From Eledone cirrhosa (lineage: Eukaryota): DNA of 64,000 bases. Shown in pieces: positions 22,001 to 35,800 of this stretch; the stretch's first letter is position 1; every line of letters begins with the position of its first letter. Below the pieces are notes generated by a model, which saw nothing but the letters and a program-made list of their open reading frames with translations, was not told where the DNA came from and did not search any database. Both the position numbers and the translations under genes were made by a program. The DNA lies in NCBI GenBank assembly GCA_964016885.1, contig OZ024740.1, forward strand, positions 26,164,001 through 26,228,000. The letters run 5' to 3'.

Positions 22001-25000
22001 AGATGACGTAGGTAGCAGTGGTTCTTATGGTGATTGTTAAGATGAGGTAGTTAGTGCTGGTTGTTATGGTGATTGTTAAGATGAGGTAGATAGTGGTGGT
22101 TGTTATGATGATTGTTAAGATGAGATAGTTAGTGGTGGTTGTTATTGTGATTGTTAAGATGAGGTAGGTAGTGGTGGTTGTTATGGTGATTGATAAGTAG
22201 AGGTAGGTAGTGGTGGTTGTTATGGTGATTGATAAGATGAGGTAGGTAGTGGTGGTTGTTATGGTGATTGTGATGATAAGGTATGTAGTGTTGGTTGTTA
22301 TGATGATTGTGATGATAAGGTACCTAATAGTGGTTGTTATGGTGATTGTTAAGATGAGGTAGGTATTGGTGGTTGTTATGGTGATTGTTAAGATAAGGTA
22401 GGTAGTGGTGGTCGTTATGGTGATTGTGAAGATGAGGTAGGTAGTGGTGGTTGTTATGGTGATAGAAAAGATGAGGTAGGTAGTGGTAGTTGTTATGGTG
22501 ACTGTGACCATGAGGTAGGTAGTGGGGGTCGGTATGGTGATTGTTAAGATAAGGTAGGTAGTTGTGTTTGTTATGGTGATTGTGAAGATGAGGTAGGTAG
22601 TGGGGGTTGTTATGGTGATTGTTAAGATAAGGTAGGTAGTGGTGGTTGTTATGGCGATTGGTAAGATGAGGTAGGTAGTGGCGGTTGTTATGGTGAGTGT
22701 TAAGATGAGGTAGTTAGTGCTGGTTGTTATGGTGATTGATAAGATGAGATAGGTAGTGGTGGTTGTTATGGCTATTGTTAATATGAGGGAGGTAGTGATG
22801 GTTGTTATGGTGATTGTTTAGATGAGGTAGGTATTGGTGGTTGTTATGGTGATTGTTAAGATAAGGTAGGTAGTGGTGGTTGTTATGGTGATTGTTAAGA
22901 TAATGTAGCTAGTGGTGGTTGTTATGGTGATTGTTAAGATAAGATAAGTATGGTGGTTGTTATGGTGATTGTAAAGATAAGGGAGGTAGTGGTGGTTGTT
23001 ATGTTGATTGTTAAGATAAGGTAGGTAGTGGTGGTTGTTATGGTGATTGTTAAGATGAGGCAGGTATTGGTGGTTGTTAGGGTAATAGATAAGATGAGGT
23101 AGGTAGTGGTGATTGTTAAGATGAGGTAGTTAGTGGCGGTTGTTATGGTGATTGTTAAGATGAGGTAGCTAGTGGTGGTTGTTATGGTGATTGTTGAGAT
23201 GAGGTAGGTAGTAGTGGTTGTTATGGTGATTGTTAAGATGAGCTAGGTAGTGGTGGTTGTTATGGTGATTGTTAAGATGAGATAGTTAGTGGTGGTTGTT
23301 ATGGTGATTGTTAAGATGAGGTATCTAGTGGTGTTTGTTATGGTGATTGTTAAGATGAGGTAGTTAGTGGTGGTTCTTATGGTCGTTGTTAAGATGAGGT
23401 AGTTAGTGGTGGTTGCTATGGTGATTGTTATGATGCGGTAGGTAGTGGTGGTTGTTATGGTGATTGTTAAGATGAGGTAGGTAGTGATGGTTGTTATGGT
23501 GATTGTTAAGATGAGGTAGGTAGTGGTGGTTGTTATGGTGATTGTGAAAATAAGGTATCTAGTGGTGTTTGTTATGGTGATTGTTAAGATGAGGTAGTTA
23601 GTGGTGGTTGCTATGGTGATTGTTATGATGCGGTAGGTAGTGGTGGTTGTTATGGTGATTGTTAAGATGAGGTAGTTAGTGATTGTTGTTATGGTGATTG
23701 TTAAGATGAGGTAGGTAGTAGTTGTTGTTATGGTGATTGTTAAGATAAGGTAGGTAGTGGTGGTTGTTATGGTGATTGTTAAGATGAGGTAGGTAGTGGT
23801 AGTTGTTATGGTGAGTGTGAAGATAATGTAGGTAGTGGTGGTTGTTATGGTGATTGTTAAGATGAGGTAGGTAGTGGTGTTGTTATGATGATTGTTAAGA
23901 TGAGGTTTGTAGTGGTGGTTGTTATTGTGATTGTTAAGATGAGGTAGGTAGTGGGGCTTGTTATGGTGATTGTTAAGATGGGGTAGGTATTGGTGGTTGT
24001 TATGGTGATTGTTAAGATAAGGTAGGGAGTGGTAGTTGTTATGGTGATTGATAAGATGAGATAGGTAGTGGTGGTTGTTATGGTTATTGTTAATATGAGG
24101 TAGGTTGTGATGGTTGTTATGGTGATTGTTTAGATGAGGTAGGTAGTGGTGGTTGTTATCGTGATTGTTAAGATAAGGTAGATAGTGGTGGTTGTTATGG
24201 AGATTGATAAGTTGAGGTAGGTGGTGGTGCTTGTTATGGCGATTGTGAAGATGAGGTAGGTAGTGGGGGTTGCTATGGTGATTGTTAAGATAAGGTAGTT
24301 AGTGGTGGTTGTTATGGCGATTGGTAAGATGAGGTAGGTAGTGGCGGTTGTTATGGTGATTGTTAAGATGAAGTAGGTAGTGGTGGTTCTTATGGTGATT
24401 GTTAAGATGAGGTAGTTAGTGCTGGTTGTTATGGTGATTGATAAGATGACATAGGTAGTGGTGGTTGTTATGGTTATTGTTAATATGAGGTAGGTAGTGA
24501 TGGTTGTTATGGTGATTGTTTAGATGAGGTAGGTAGTGGGGGTTGTTATCGTGATTGTTAAGATAAGGTAGATAGTGGTGGTTGATATGGGGATTGATAA
24601 GTTGAGGTAGGTAGTGGTGGTTGTTATGGCGATTGTTAAGATAAGGTAGGTAGTGGTGGTTGTTATGGTGATTGTTAAGATGAGGTAGGTAGTGATGGTT
24701 GTTGTGGTGATTGATAAGATGAGGTAGGAAGTGGTGGTTGTTATGGTGACTGTGAAGATAAGGTAAGTACGGTGGTTGTTATGGATTGTTAAGATAAGTT
24801 AGGTAGCGGTGGTTGTTATGGTGATTGATAAGATGAGGTAGGTTGTGGTGATTGTTATGGTGATTGTTAAGAAAAGGTAGGTATTGGTGGTTGTTATGGT
24901 GATTGTTAAGATAATGTAGCTAGTGGTGGTTGTTATGGTGATTGTTAAGATAAGACAAGTATGGTGGTTGTTATGGTGATTGTTAAGATGGGGTAGGTAT

Positions 25001-28000
25001 TGGTGGTTGTTATGGTGATTGTTAAGATAAGGTAGGTAGTGGTGGTTGTTATGGTGATTGATAAGGAGAGGTAGGTAGTGGTAGTTGTTATGGTGATTGT
25101 TAAGATGGGGTAGGTATTGGTGGTTGTTATGGTGATTGTTAAGATAAGGCAGGTAGTGGTGGTTGTTATGATGATTTTTAAGATGAGATAGGTAGTGGTG
25201 GTTGTTATGATGATTGTTTAGATGAGGTAAGTAGTGGAGGTTGTTATGGTGATTGTTAAGATGAGGTAGATAGTGGTGGTTGTTATGGTGATTGTTAAGA
25301 TGAGGTAGGTAGTGGTGGTTGTTATGGTGATTGTGAAAATAAGGTATGTAGTGGTGGTTGTTATGGTGATTGTTAAGATGAGGTAGTTAGTGGTGGTTGC
25401 TATGGTGATTGTTATGATGCGGTAGGTAGTGGTGGTTGTTATGGTGATTGTTAAGATGAGGCAGGTAGTAGTTGTTGTTATGGTGATTGTTAAGATAAGG
25501 TAGGTTGTGGTGGTTGTTATGGTGATTGTTAAGATGAGGTAGGTAGTGGGGCTTGTTATGGTGATTGTTAAGATGGGGTAGGGAGTGGTAGTTGTTATGG
25601 TGACTGTGAAGATGAGGTAGGTAGTGGGGGTCGGTATGGTGATTGTTAAGATAAGGTAGGTTGTTGTGGTTGTTATGGTGATTGTGAAGATGAGGTAGGT
25701 AGTGGTGGTTGTTATGGTGATTGTTAAGATAAGGTACGTAGTGGTGGTTGTTATGGCGATTAGTAAGATGAGGTAGGTAGTGGCTGTTTTTATGGCGATT
25801 GTTAAGATGTGGTAGGTATTGGTGGTTGTTAGGGTGATTGTATATATCAGGTATTTAGTGGTTGTTCTTATGTGGATTGTTAAGATGAGGTAGTTAGTGC
25901 TGGTTGTTATGGTGATTGATAAGATGAGGTAGGTAGTGGTGGTTGTTATGGTTATTGTTAATATGAGGTAGGTAGTGAGGGTTGTTATGGTGATTGTTTA
26001 GATGAGGTAGGTAGTGGTGGTTGTTATCGTGATTGTTAAGATAAGGTAGATAGTGGTGGTTGTTATGGGGATTGATAAGATGAGGAAGGTAGTGGTGGTT
26101 GTTATGACGATTGTTAAGATAAGGTAGGTAGTGGTGGTTGTTATGGTGATTGTTAAGATGAGGTAGGTAGTGGTGATTGTTATGGTGATTGTTAAGATAA
26201 GGTAGGCATTTGTGGTTGTTATGGTGATTGTTAAGATAAGGTAGGTAGTGGTGGTTGTTATGGTGATTGTTAAGATAATGTAGGTTGTGGTGGTTGTTAT
26301 GGTGATTGTTAAGATAAGATAAGTATGGTGGTTGTTATGGTGATTGTAAAGATAAGGTCGGTAGTGGTGGTTGTTATGGTGATTTTTAAGACGAGATAGG
26401 TAGTAGTGGTTGTTATGATGATTGTTTAGATGAGGTAAGTAGTGGAGGTTGTTATGGTGATTGTTAAGATGAGGTAGATAGTGGTGGTTGTTATGGTGAT
26501 TGTTAAGATGAGGTAGGTAGTGGTGGTTGTTATGGTGATTGTGAAAATAAGGTATGTAGTGGTGGTTGTTATGGTGATTAATAAGATGAGGTAGGTAGTG
26601 GTGGTTGTTAGGGTAATAGATAAGATGAGTAGGTAGTGGTGGTTGTTATGATGATTGTTAAGATGAGGTAGGTGGTGGTGATTGTTAAGATGAGGTAGTT
26701 AGTGGCGGTTGTTATGGTGATTGTTAAGATGAGGTAGCTAGTGGTGGTTGTTATGGTGATTGTTGAGATAAGGTAGGTAGTAGTGGTTGTTATGATGATT
26801 GTTATGATGAGGTAGTTAGTGGTGGTTGTTATGATGATTGTTTAGATGAGGTAAGTAGTGGAGGTTGTTATGGTGATTGTTAAGATGAGGTAGATAGTGG
26901 TGGTTGTTATGGTGATTGTTAAGATGAGGTAGGTAGTGGTGGTTGTTATGGTGATTGTGAAAATAAGGTATGTAGTGGTGGTTGTTATGGTGATTAATAA
27001 GATGAGGTAGGTAGTGGTGGTTGTTATGATGATTGTTAAGATGAGGTAGGTAGTGTTGATTGTTAAGATGAGGTAGTTAGTGGCGGTTGTTATGGTGATT
27101 GTTAAGATGAGGTAGCTAGTGGTGGTTGTTATGGTGATTGTTGAGATGGGGTAGGTAGTAGTGGTTGTTATGATGATTGTTAAGATGAGGTAGTTAGTGG
27201 TGGTTGTTATGGTGATTGTTAAGATGAGCTAGGTAGTGGTGGTTGTTATGGTGATTGTTAAGATGAGATAGTTAGTGGTGGTTGTTATGGTGATTGTGAA
27301 AATAAGGTATCTAGTGGTTTTTGTTATGGTAATTGTTAAGATGAGGTAGGTAGTGATGGTTGTTATGGTGATTGTTAAGGTGAGGTAGGTAGTGATGGTT
27401 GTTATGGTGATTGTTAAGATGAGGTAGGTAGTGGTGGTTGTTATGGTGATTGTGAAAATAAGGTATCTAGTGGTGTTTGGTATGGTGATTGTTAAGATGA
27501 GGTAGTTAGTGGTGGTTGCTATGGTGATTGTTATGATGCGGTAGGTAGTGGTGGTTGTTATGGTGATTGTTAAGATGAGGTAGGTAGTGATTGTTGTTAT
27601 GGTGATTGTTAAGATGAGGTAGGTAGTGGTGGTTTTTATGGTGATTGTTAAGATGAGGTAGGTAGTGGTGGTTGTTATCGTGATTGTTAAGATAAGGTAT
27701 GTAGTGGTGGTTGTTATTGTGATTGATAAGATAAGGTAGGTAGTGGTGGTTGTTATGGTGATTGTTAAGATAAGGTAGGTAGTGGTGATTGTTATGATGA
27801 TTGTTAAGATGTGGTAGGTAGTGTGGGTCGTTATGGTGATTGTTAAGATGAGGTAGGTAGTAGTTGTTGTTATGGTGATTGTTAAGATAAGGTAGGTAGT
27901 GGTGGTTGTTATGGTGATTGTATATATCAGGTATTTAGTGGTGGTTGTTATGGTGATTGTTAAGATAAGGTAGATAGTGGTGGTTGTTATGGGGATTGAT

Positions 28001-29899
28001 AAGATGAGGAAGGTAGTGGTGGTTGTTATGACGATTGTTAAGATAAGGTAGGTAGTGGTGATTGTTATGGTGATTGTTAAGATAAGGTAGGTAGTGGTGG
28101 TTGTTATGGTGATTGTTAAGATAATGTAGGTTGTGGTGGTTGATATGGTGATTGTTAAGATAAGATAAGTATGGTGGTTGTTATGATGATTGTTTAGATG
28201 AGGTAAGTAGTGGAGGTTGTTATGGTGATTGTTAAGATGAGGTAGATAATGGTGGTTGTTATGGTGATTGTTAAGATGAGGTAGGTAGTGGTGGTTGTTA
28301 TGGTGATTTTGAAAATAAGGTATGTAGTGGTGGTTGTTATGGTGATTAATAAGATGAGGTAGGTAGTGGTGGCTGTTAGGGTAATAGATAAGATGAGGTA
28401 GGTAGTGGTGGTTGTTATGATGATTGTTAAGATGAGGTAGGTAGTGGTGATTGTTAAGATGAGGTAGTTAGTGGCGGTTGTTATGGTGATTGTTAAGATG
28501 AGGTAGCTAGTGGTTGTTGTTATGGTGATTGTTGAGATGAGGTAGGTAGTAGTGGTTGTTATGATGATTGTTAAATGAGGTAGTTAGTGGTCGTTGTTAG
28601 GGTAATAGATAAGATGAGGTAGGTAGTGGTGGTTGTTATGATGATTGTTAAGATGAGGTAGGTAGTAGTTGTTGTTATGGTGATTGTTAAGATAAGGTAG
28701 GTAGTGGGGGTTGTTATGGTGATTGTTATGATGAGGTAGGTAGTGGTAGTTGTTATGGTGAGTGTGAAGATAATGTAGGTAGTGGTGGTTGTTATGGTGA
28801 TTGTTAAGATGAGGTAGGGAGTGGTGTTGTTATGATGATTGTTAAGATGAGGTTTGTAGTGGTGGTTGTTATTGTGATTGTTAAGATGAGGGAGGTAATG
28901 GTGGTTGTTATGGTGAATGTTAAGATCAGGTATGTAGTGGGGCTTATTATGGTGATTGTTAAGATGGGGTAGGTATTGGTGGTTGTTATGGTGATTGTTA
29001 AGATAAGGTAGTTAGTGGTATTTGTTATGGTGATTGTTAAGATAAGGTAGGTAGTGGTGGTCGTTATGGTGATTGTTAAGATGAGGTAGGTAGTGGTGCT
29101 TGTTGTGGTGATAGATAAGATAAGGTAGGTAGTGGTAGTTGTTATGGTGACTGTGAAGATGAGCTAGGTAGTGGGGGTCGGTATGGTGATTTTTAAGATA
29201 AGGTAGGTTGTTGTGGTTGTTATGGTGATTGTGAAGATGAGGTAGGTAGTGGTGGTTGTTATGGTGATTGTTAAGATAAGGTAGGTAGTGGTGGTTGTTA
29301 TGGCGATTAGTAAGATGAGGTAGGTAGTGGCGGTTGTTATGGTGATTGTTAAGATGTGGTAGGTATTGGTGGTTGTTATGGTGATTGAATATATCAGGTA
29401 GTTAGTGGTGGTTGTTATGGTGATTGTTAAGATGAGGTAGGTAGTGGTGGTTCTTATGTGGATTGTTAAGATGAGGTAGTTAGTGCTGGTTGTTATGGTG
29501 ATTGATAAGATGAGGTAGGTAGTGGTGGTTGTTATGGTTATTGTTAATATGAGGTAGGTAGTGATGGTTGTTATGGTGATTGTTTAGATGAGGTAGGTAG
29601 TGGTGGTTGTTATGGTGATTTTTAAGATGAGATAGGTAGTGGTGGTTGTTATGATGATTGTTTAGATGAGGTAAGTAGTGGAGGTTGTTATGGTGATTGT
29701 TAAGATGAGGTAGATAGTGGTGGTTGTTATGGTGATTGTTAAGATGAGGTAGGTAGTGGTGGTTGTTAGGGTAATAGATGAGATGAGGTAGGTAGTGGTG
29801 GTTGTTATGATGATTGTTAAGATGAGGTAGGTAGTGGTGATTGTTAAGATGAGGTAGGTAGTGGTGGTTGTTAGGGTAATAGATGAGATGAGGTAGGTA

Positions 29900-32800
29900 G
29901 TGGTGGTTGTTATGATGATTGTGAAAATAAGGTATCTAGTGGTGTTTGTTATGACGATTGTTAAGATGAGGTAGTTAGTGGTGGTTGCTATGGTGATTGT
30001 TATGATGCGGTAGGTAGTGGTGGTTGTTATGGTGATTGTTAAGATGAGGTAGTTAGTGGTGGTTCTTATGGTGATTGTTTAGATGAGGTAAGTAGTGGAG
30101 GTTGTTATGGTGATTGTTAAGATGAGGTAGATAGAGGTGGTTGTTATGGTGATTGTTAAGATGAGGTAGGTAGTGGTGGTTGTTATGGTGATTGTTAAGA
30201 TAAGGTCGGTAGTGGTGGTTGTTATGGTGATTTTTAAGATGAGATAGGTAGTGGTGGTTGTTATGGTGATTGTGAAAATAAGGTATGTATTGGTGGTTGT
30301 TATGGTGATTAATAAGATGAGGCAGGTACTTGTGGTTGTTAGGGTGATAGATAAGATGAGGTAGGTAGTTGTGGTTGTTATGATGATTGTTAAGATGAGG
30401 TAGGTAGTGGTGATTGTTAAGATGAGGTAGTTAGTGGCGGTTGTTATGGTGATTGTGATGATAAGGTATGTAGTGTTGGTTGTTATGAGGATCGTGATGA
30501 TAAGGTACGTAATAGTGGTTGTTATGGTGATTGTTAAGATGAGGTAGGTAGTGGTGGTTGTTATGGTGATTGTGAACATAAGGTATCTAGTGGTGTTTGT
30601 TATGGTGATTGTTAAGATGACGTAGTTAGTGGTGGTTCTTATGGTGATTGTTAAGATGAGGTAGTTAGTGGTGGTTGCTATGGTGATTGTTATGATGCGG
30701 TAGGTAGTGGTGGTTGTTATGGTGATTGTTAAGATGAGATAGGTAGTGGTGCTTGTTATGATGATTGTTTAGATGAGGTAAGTAGTGGAGGTTGTTATGG
30801 TGATTGTTAAGATGAGGTAGATAATGGTGGTTGTTATGGTGATTGTTAAGATGAGGTAGGTAGTGGTGGTTGTTATGGTGATTGTTAAGATGTGGTAGTT
30901 AGTGGTGGTTCTTATGGTGATTGTTTAGATGAGGTAAGTAGTGGAGGTTGTTATGGTGATTGTTAAGATGAGGTAGATAGTGGTGGTTGTTATGGTGATT
31001 GTTAAGATAAGGTCGGTAGTGGTGGTTGTTATGGTGATTTTTAAGATGAGATAGGTAGTGGTGGTTGTTATGATGATTGTTTAGATGAGGTAAGTAGTGG
31101 AGGTTGTTATGGTGATTGTTAAGATGAGGTAGATAGTGGTGGTTGTTATGGTGATTGTTAAGATGACGTAGGTAGTGGTGGTTGTTATGGTAATTGTGAA
31201 AATAAGGTATGTAGTGGTGGTTGTTATGGTGATTAGTAAGATGAGGTAGGTACTGGTGGTTGTTAGGGTGATAGATAAGATGAGGTAGGTAGTGGTGGTT
31301 GTTATGATGATTGTTAAGATGAGGTAGGTAGTGGTGATTGTTAAGATGAGGTAGTTAGTGGCGGTTGTTATGGTGATTGTGATGATAAGGTATGTAGTGT
31401 TGGTTGTTATGAGGATCGTGATGACAAGATACGTAATAGTGGTTGTTATGGTGATTGTTAAGATGAGGTAGGTAGTGGTGGTTGTTATGGTGATTGTGAA
31501 CATAAGGTATATAGTGGTGGTTGTTATGGTGATTAATAATTGAGGTAGGTAGTGGTGGTTGTTATGATGATTGTTAAGATGAGGTAGGTAGTGGTGATTG
31601 TTAAGATGAGGTAGTTAGTGGCGGTTGTTATGGTGATTGTTAAGATGAGGTAGCTAGTGGTGGTTGTTATGGTGATTGTTGAGATGAGGTAGGTAGTAGT
31701 GGTTGTTATGATGATTGTTAAATGAGGTAGTTAGTGGTGGTTGTTATGGTGATTGTTAAGATGAGCTAGGTAGTGGTGGTTGTTATGGTGATTGTTAAGA
31801 TGAGATAGTTAGTGGTGGTTGTTATGGTGATTGTTAAGATGAGGTATCTAGTGGTGTTTGTTATGGTGATTGTTAAGATGAGGTAGTTAGTGGTGGTTCT
31901 TATGGTCGTTGTTAAGATGAGGTAGTTAGTGGTGGTTGCTATGGTGATTGTTATGATGCGGAAGGTAGTGGTGGTTGTTATGGTGATTGTTAAGATGAGG
32001 TAGGTAGTGATGGTTGTTATGGTGATTGTTAAGATGAGGTAGGTAGTGGTGGTTGTTATGGTGATTGTGAAAATAAGGTATCTAGTGGTGTTTGTTATGG
32101 TGATTGTTAAGATGAGGTAGTTAGTGGTGGTTCTTATGGTGATTGTTAAGATGAGGTAGTTAGTGGTGGTTGCTATCGCGATCGTTATGATGCGGTAGGT
32201 AGTGATGGTTGTTATGGTGATTGTTAAGATGAGGTAGGTAGTGATGGTTGTTATGGTGATTGTTAAGATGAGGTAGGTAGTGGTGGTTGTTATGGTGATT
32301 GTGAAAATAAGGTATCTAGTGGTGTTTGTTATGGTGATTGTTAAGATGAGGTAGTTAGTGGTGGTTGCTATGGTGATTGTTATGATGCGGTAGGTAGTGG
32401 TGGTTGTTATGGTGATTGTTAATATGAGGTAGGTAGTGGTGGTTGTTATGGTGATTGTTAAGATGAGGTAGGTAGTGGTGGTTGTTATCGTGATTGTTAA
32501 GATAAGGTATGTAGTGGTGGTTGTTATTGTGATTGATAAGATAAGGTAGGTTGTGTTGGTTGTTATGGTGATTGTTAAGATAAGGAAGGTAGTGGTGATT
32601 GTTATGATGATTGTTAAATTGAGGTAGGTAGTGTGGGTCGTTAAGGTGATTGTTAAGATGAGGTAGGTAGTAGTTGTTGTTATGGTGATTGTTAAGATAA
32701 GGTAGGTAGTGGTGGTTGTTATGGTGATTGTTAAGATGAGGTGGGTAGTGGTAGTTGTTATGGTGAGTGTGAAGATAATGTAGGTAGTGGTGGTTGTTAT

Positions 32801-35800
32801 GGTGATTCTTAAGATGAGGTAGGTAGTGGTGTTGTTATGATGATTGTTAAGATGAGGTTTGTAGTGGTGGTTGTTATTGTGATTGTTAAGATGAGGTAGG
32901 TAGTGGGGGTTGTTATGGTGAATGTTAAGATCAGGTAGGTAGTGGGGCTTATTATGGTGATTGTTAAGATGGGGTAGGTATTGGTGGTTGTTATGGTGAT
33001 TGTTAAGATAAGGTAGGTAGTGGTGGTCGTTATGGTGATTGTTAAGATGAGGTAGGTAGTGGTGCTTGTTGTGGTGATAGATAAGATAAGGTAGGTAGTG
33101 GTAGTTGTTATGGTGACTGTGAAGATGAGCTAGGTAGTGGGGGTCGGTATGGTGATTTTTAAGATAAGGTAGGTTGTTGTGGTTGTTATGGTGATTGTGA
33201 AGATGAGGTAGGTATTGGTGGTTGTTATGGTGATTGAATATATCAGGTAGTTAGTGGTGGTTGTTATGGTGATTGTTAAGATGAGGTAGGTAGTGGTGGT
33301 TCTTATGTGGATTGTTAAGATGAGGTAGTTAGTGCTGGTTGTTATGGTGATTGATAAGATGAGGTAGGTAGTGGTGGTTGTAATGGTTATTGTTAATATG
33401 AGGTAGGTAGTGATGGTTGTTATGGTGATTGTTTAGATGAGGTAGGTAGTGGTGATTGTTAAGATGAGGTAGTTAGTGGCGGTTGTTATGGCGATTGTGA
33501 TGATAAGGTATGTAGTGTTGGTTGTTATGAGGATCGTGATGATAAGGTACGTAATAGTGGTTGTTATGGTGATTGTTAAGATGAGGTAGGTAGTGGTGTT
33601 TGTTATGGTGATTGTGAACATAAGGTATCTAGTGGTGTTTGTTATGGTGATTGTTAAGATGACGTAGTTAGTGGTGGTTCTTATGGTGATTGTTAAGATG
33701 AGGTAGTTAGTGGTGGTTGCTATGGTGATTGTTATGATGCGGTAGGTAGTGGTGGTTGTTATGGTGATTGTTAAGATTAGGTCGGTAGTGGTGGTTGTTA
33801 TGGTGATTTTTAAGATGAGATAGGTAGTGGTGGTTGTTATGATGATTGTTTAGATGAGGTAAGTAGTGGAGGTTGTTATAGTGATTGTTAAGATGAGATA
33901 GATAATGGTGGTTGTTATGGTGATTGTTAAGATGAGGTAGGTAGTGGTGTTTGTTATGGTGATTGTTAAGATGAGGTAGTTAGTGGTGGTTCTTATGGTG
34001 ATTGTTAAGATGAGGTAGGTAGTGGTGGTTGTTATGGTGATTGTGAAAATAAGGTATCTAGTGGTGTTTGTTATGATGATTGTTAAGATGAGGTAGTTAG
34101 TGGTGGTTGCTATGGTGATTGTTATGATGCGGTAGGTAGTGGTGGTTGTTATGGTGATTGTTAAGATGAGATAGTTAGTGGTGGTTCTTATGGTGATTGT
34201 TTAGATGAGGTAAGTAGTGGAGGTTGTTATGGTGATTGTTAAGATGAGGTAGATAGAGGTGGTTGTTATGGTGATTGTTAAGATTAGGTAGGTAGTGGTG
34301 GTTGTTATGGTGATTGTTAAGATAAGGTCGGTAGTGGTGGTTGTTATGGTGATTTTTAAGATGAGATAGGTAGTGGTGGTTGTTATGGTGATTGTGAAAA
34401 TAAGGTATGTAGTGGTGGTTGTTATGGTGATTAATAAGATGAGGCAGGTACTTGTGGTTGTTAGGGTGATAGATAAGATGAGGTAGGTAGTTGTGGTTGT
34501 TATGATGATTGTTAAGATGAGGTAGGTAGTGGTGATTGTTAAGATGAGGTAGTTAGTGGCGGTTGTTATGGTGATTGTGATGATAAGGTATGTAGTGTTG
34601 GTTGTTATGAGGATCGTGATGATAAGGTACGTAATAGTGGTTGTTATGGTGATTGTTAAGATGAGGTAGGTAGTGGTGGTTGTTATGGTGATTGTGAACA
34701 TAAGGTATCTAGTGGTGTTTGTTATGGTGATTGTTAAGATGACGTAGTTAGTGGTGGTTCTTATGGTGATTGTTAAGATGAGGTAGTTAGTGGTGGTTGC
34801 TATGGTGATTGTTATGATGCGGTAGGTAGTGGTGGTTGTTATGGTGATTGTTAAGATGAGATAGGTAGTGGTGCTTGTTATGATGATTGTTTAGATGAGG
34901 TAAGTAGTGGAGGTTGTTATGGTGATTGTTAAGATGAGGTAGATAATGGTGGTTGTTATGGTGATTGTTAAGATGAGGTAGGTAGTGGTGGTTGTTATGG
35001 TGATTGTTATGATGAGGTAGTTAGTGGTGGTTCTTATGGTGATTGTTTAGATGAGGTAAGTAGTGGAGGTTGTTATGGTGATTGTTAAGATGAGGTAGGT
35101 AGTGGTGGTTGTTATGGTGATTGTTAAGATAAGGTCGGTTGTGGTGGTTGTTATGGTGATTTTTAAGATGAGATAGGTAGTGGTGGTTGTTATGATGATT
35201 GTTTAGATGAGGTAAGTAGTGGAGGTTGTTATGGTGATTGTTAAGATGAGGTAGATAGTGGTGGTTGTTATGGTGATTGTTAAGATGACGTAGGTAGTGG
35301 TGGTTGTTATGGTAATTGTGAAAATAAGGTATGTAGTATTGGTTGTTATGGTGATTAATAAGATGAGGTAGGTACTGGTGGTTGTTAGGGTGATAGATAA
35401 GATGAGGTAGGTAGTGGTGGTTGTTATGATGATTGTTAAGATGAGGTAGGTAGTGGTGATTGTTAAGATGAGGTAGTTAGTGGCGGTTGTTATGGTGATT
35501 GTGATGATAAGGTATGTAGTGTTGGTTGTTATGAGGATCGTGATGACAAGATACGTAATAGTGGTTGTTATGGTGATTGTTAAGATGAGGTAGGTAGTGG
35601 TGGTTGTTATGGTGATTGTGAACATAAGGTATCTAGTGGTGGTTGTTATGGTGATTAATAATTGAGGTAGGTAGTGGTGGTTGTTATGATGATTGTTAAG
35701 ATGAGGTAGGTAGTGGTGATTGTTAAGATGAGGTAGTTAGTGGCGGTTGTTATGGTGATTGTTAAGATGAGGTAGCTAGTGGTGGTTGTTATGGTGATTG

